Positions 36,352 through 38,904 of a DNA stretch of 38,904 nt are shown here, piece after piece (position 1 is the first letter of the stretch; each line of letters begins with the position of its first letter). Position numbers and translations under genes: made by a program. The notes beneath the pieces were generated by a model. It had not been told where the DNA came from. It searched no databases and was given only the letters and a program-made list of their open reading frames with translations. This stretch comes from a virus: positions 1 through 38,904 of the IMG/VR virus record IMGVR_UViG_3300030330_005386. One strand, written 5' to 3'.

Positions 36352-36992
36352 TTCTTTACTGACTCCCAATCGTTTTCAAAAATTTCCATTCCTTTATCGG
36401 TAAGGATGTGATCGTACATTTGATCGAATACCTTTGGTGGCATCGTGCAGATCTCAGCACCATTATACCATGAACGGATGGCTCTTTGCACGCTACGAAT
36501 GGAAGCAGAGAGAACTTGTGTCTTCACACCATGAACACGATACAGTTCAGAGATGGAACGAACTACCTCAAGTCCTGCAACTGATTGATCGTCGAGTCGT
36601 CCAACAAAAGGAGAGACATAAGTGGCACCCGCTTTGGCAGCCAGAACCGCCTGTGCGGCGCAGAAGATCAGAGTGACATTTACCTTAATACCTTGCTCTG
36701 AAAGGCGCTTACAGACGATCAGGCCTTCTCTGGTGCAGGGAACTTTGATGGTAGCAACATTGCCAAACTTTTCGTAGAGACGAATGCCCTCATCATACAT
36801 CTCAAGATCAGAACCCATCACTTCCATGCTGATGTCTGTGACACCCATATCCTTGATCTCTTGGTAAACATCCTCTGGATTCTTACCACTTTTCATAATC
36901 AGAGTTGGATTGGTTGTCACTCCATCTACCAACCCAGTAGAAAAATACTTTGCGATAATATCTGTATCCGCAGTATCTAAAAAGATTTTCAT
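36348..36992 (-). CDS. talC: Transaldolase (TalC type)
   Basis: MKIFLDTADTDIIAKYFSTGLVDGVTTNPTLI...ATIKVPCTREGL...VNVTLIFCAAQAVLAAKAGATYVSPFVGRLDD. Confidence 0.97.
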   Translation of the reverse strand: MKIFLDTADTDIIAKYFSTGLVDGVTTNPTLIMKSGKNPEDVYQEIKDMGVTDISMEVMGSDLEMYDEGIRLYEKFGNVATIKVPCTREGLIVCKRLSEQGIKVNVTLIFCAAQAVLAAKAGATYVSPFVGRLDDQSVAGLEVVRSISELYRVHGVKTQVLSASIRSVQRAIRSWYNGAEICTMPPKVFDQMYDHILTDKGMEIFENDWESVKK

Positions 36993-36993
36993 T

Positions 36994-37019
36994 AAAAAAG
37001 GGCGATTGATACGCCCTTT
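36994..37019 (-). terminator. Hairpin + T-run between ORF 37025..37240 and talC
   Basis: Minus strand AAAGGGCG-TATCAAT-CGCCCTTTTTTA, ending 2 nt from the talC ATG. Confidence 0.75.
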
Positions 37020-37024
37020 ATATA

Positions 37025-37240
37025 TCAGTTTTCGTCTTTGTTGTAAAGACTTTCTAGTCGATCTCTTGTCATATCAACATACATGACTTCATCACCAGGT
37101 TGAGGTGCTTCAGGATGACGTGGTTTTGGTTTATTCATCTCCACATTTATGGATTGAATGTTACTCCACATCATCGCAAAGGCAGCGCCTGCGATAACAG
37201 CAAAACAAGAAAAGTAAACAAAGACGAGCCAACCGTTCAC
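37025..37240 (-). CDS. Small membrane-anchored protein
   Basis: 71 aa; [23 protein letters not shown] then [27 protein letters not shown]; stop/start overlap with psbD. Confidence 0.6.
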   Translation of the reverse strand: MNGWLVFVYFSCFAVIAGAAFAMMWSNIQSINVEMNKPKPRHPEAPQPGDEVMYVDMTRDRLESLYNKDEN

Positions 37241-38298
37241 AGTGCGTTACCTCTAGGAAGAACTTCTTCTGGGAACACAAACTGTTCATGTGGTTGATCT
37301 ACTGGTGCCATCCAAGCACGTAAACCTTCATTCAAAAGAATATTCTTGGTATAGAAAGTCTCAAACTCAGGATCTTCTGATGCCCTTATTTCTTGTGAAA
37401 CAAAGTCATAAGCGCGAAGGTTGAGAGCAAGGCCAATAATACCGATGGAACTTGTCCAAAGGCCCATAACAGGAACAAACAGCATAAAGAAATGCAACCA
37501 CCTCTTATTGCTAAACGCAATACCGAAGATCTGACTCCAGAAGCGGTTTGCTGTAACCATTGAATAGGTTTCTTCTTCTTGAGTGCTGTCAAATGCTTTG
37601 AAAGTATTTGCTTGATCACCATCTTGATACAAGGTGTTCTCTACTGTAACACCATGAATTGCAGAAAGCAATGCTCCTCCAAGGATACCCGCAACACCCA
37701 TCATGTGAAAGGGGTTGAGTGTCCAGTTATGAAATCCTTGTAGAAAAAGTAGGAATCTGAAGATTGCCGCGACACCAAAGCTCGGCGCAAAGAACCAAGA
37801 CGATTGTCCGAGAGGGTAGATGAGAAATACACTAACAAATACGGCAATAGGGCCCGAAAAAGCAATCGCATTGTAAGGACGGATTCCGATAAGACGTGCA
37901 AGTTCAAACTGACGCAGCATGAAACCAATCAGAGCGAAGGCACCGTGGAGCGCCACAAAATTCCAGAGTCCCCCAAGTTGGAGCCAGCGTTGGAAATCTC
38001 CCTGAGACTCTGGACCCCAAAGTAGAAGAAGAGAATGGCCCATAGCATCAGCAGGAGTTGACACTGCCGCTGTAAGGAAATTAGCACCCTCAAGGTAACT
38101 AGACGCCAACCCGTGAGTGTACCAACTGGTAACAAACGTCGTGCCAGTAAGCCAGCCGCCAATTGCAAGATAAGCAGTGGGAAAAAGAAGTAATCCAGAC
38201 CAACCCACAAAGACAAAGCGATCTCGTTTAAGCCAGTCATCCAGGACATCGAACCATCCCCTCCCTTGTTGTGTTTGTGAAAGAGTTGAAGTTGTCAT
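37237..38298 (-). CDS. psbD: Photosystem II D2 protein
   Basis: 353 aa full-length; [38 protein letters not shown]... Confidence 0.98.
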   Translation of the reverse strand: MTTSTLSQTQQGRGWFDVLDDWLKRDRFVFVGWSGLLLFPTAYLAIGGWLTGTTFVTSWYTHGLASSYLEGANFLTAAVSTPADAMGHSLLLLWGPESQGDFQRWLQLGGLWNFVALHGAFALIGFMLRQFELARLIGIRPYNAIAFSGPIAVFVSVFLIYPLGQSSWFFAPSFGVAAIFRFLLFLQGFHNWTLNPFHMMGVAGILGGALLSAIHGVTVENTLYQDGDQANTFKAFDSTQEEETYSMVTANRFWSQIFGIAFSNKRWLHFFMLFVPVMGLWTSSIGIIGLALNLRAYDFVSQEIRASEDPEFETFYTKNILLNEGLRAWMAPVDQPHEQFVFPEEVLPRGNAL

Positions 38299-38325
38299 GA
38301 GTAATATTACTTAACATTTTTAGAG

Positions 38326-38354
38326 AAAAAAATAGAGGATCCGAAGATCCTCTA
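38326..38354 (-). terminator. Intrinsic terminator downstream of psbA
   Basis: Minus strand TAGAGGATC-TTCG-GATCCTCTATTTTTTT: perfect 9-bp stem, UUCG-type loop, T-run. Confidence 0.9.
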
Positions 38355-38373
38355 AGAAATATGTTGCGTTAAA

Positions 38374-38904
<531 letters not shown>

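Overview
This 38.9 kb window reads as the late/structural, replication and auxiliary-metabolism region of a T4-like cyanophage (marine Synechococcus/Prochlorococcus-type myovirus). Most genes are on the minus strand. Recognisable genes include baseplate and hub genes (OB-fold hub gp5-like, gp26, gp53, gp48, tail-tube-fold protein), head completion gp4, gp32, gp59, gp33, a RecB-like exonuclease, phoH, thyX, speD, a glutaredoxin, talC, psbD, the 3' part of psbA, a CP12-like ORF and two tRNAs (Thr-UGU, Leu-UAA). The most interesting signal is a compact self-contained unit at about 32.94-33.31 kb on the minus strand. It has a near-consensus sigma70 promoter, two tandem glutamine-riboswitch-like aptamers (glnA / Downstream-peptide type), alternative pairings around the Shine-Dalgarno, a 55-codon YRG-motif (DUF4278-like) ORF missing from the supplied ORF track, and an intrinsic terminator. 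The terminator overlaps a second promoter. Other notable items are a GH19-like lysozyme domain fused to a tape-measure-like protein, a CP12-like gene inside the baseplate operon, a DUF1825-like ORF and a 2OG-Fe(II) oxygenase inserted in the 33-59-32 replication module, a cysteine-less glutaredoxin-like protein, and hairpins directly abutting start codons. All homology calls are from recognition of protein motifs; no database search was run.
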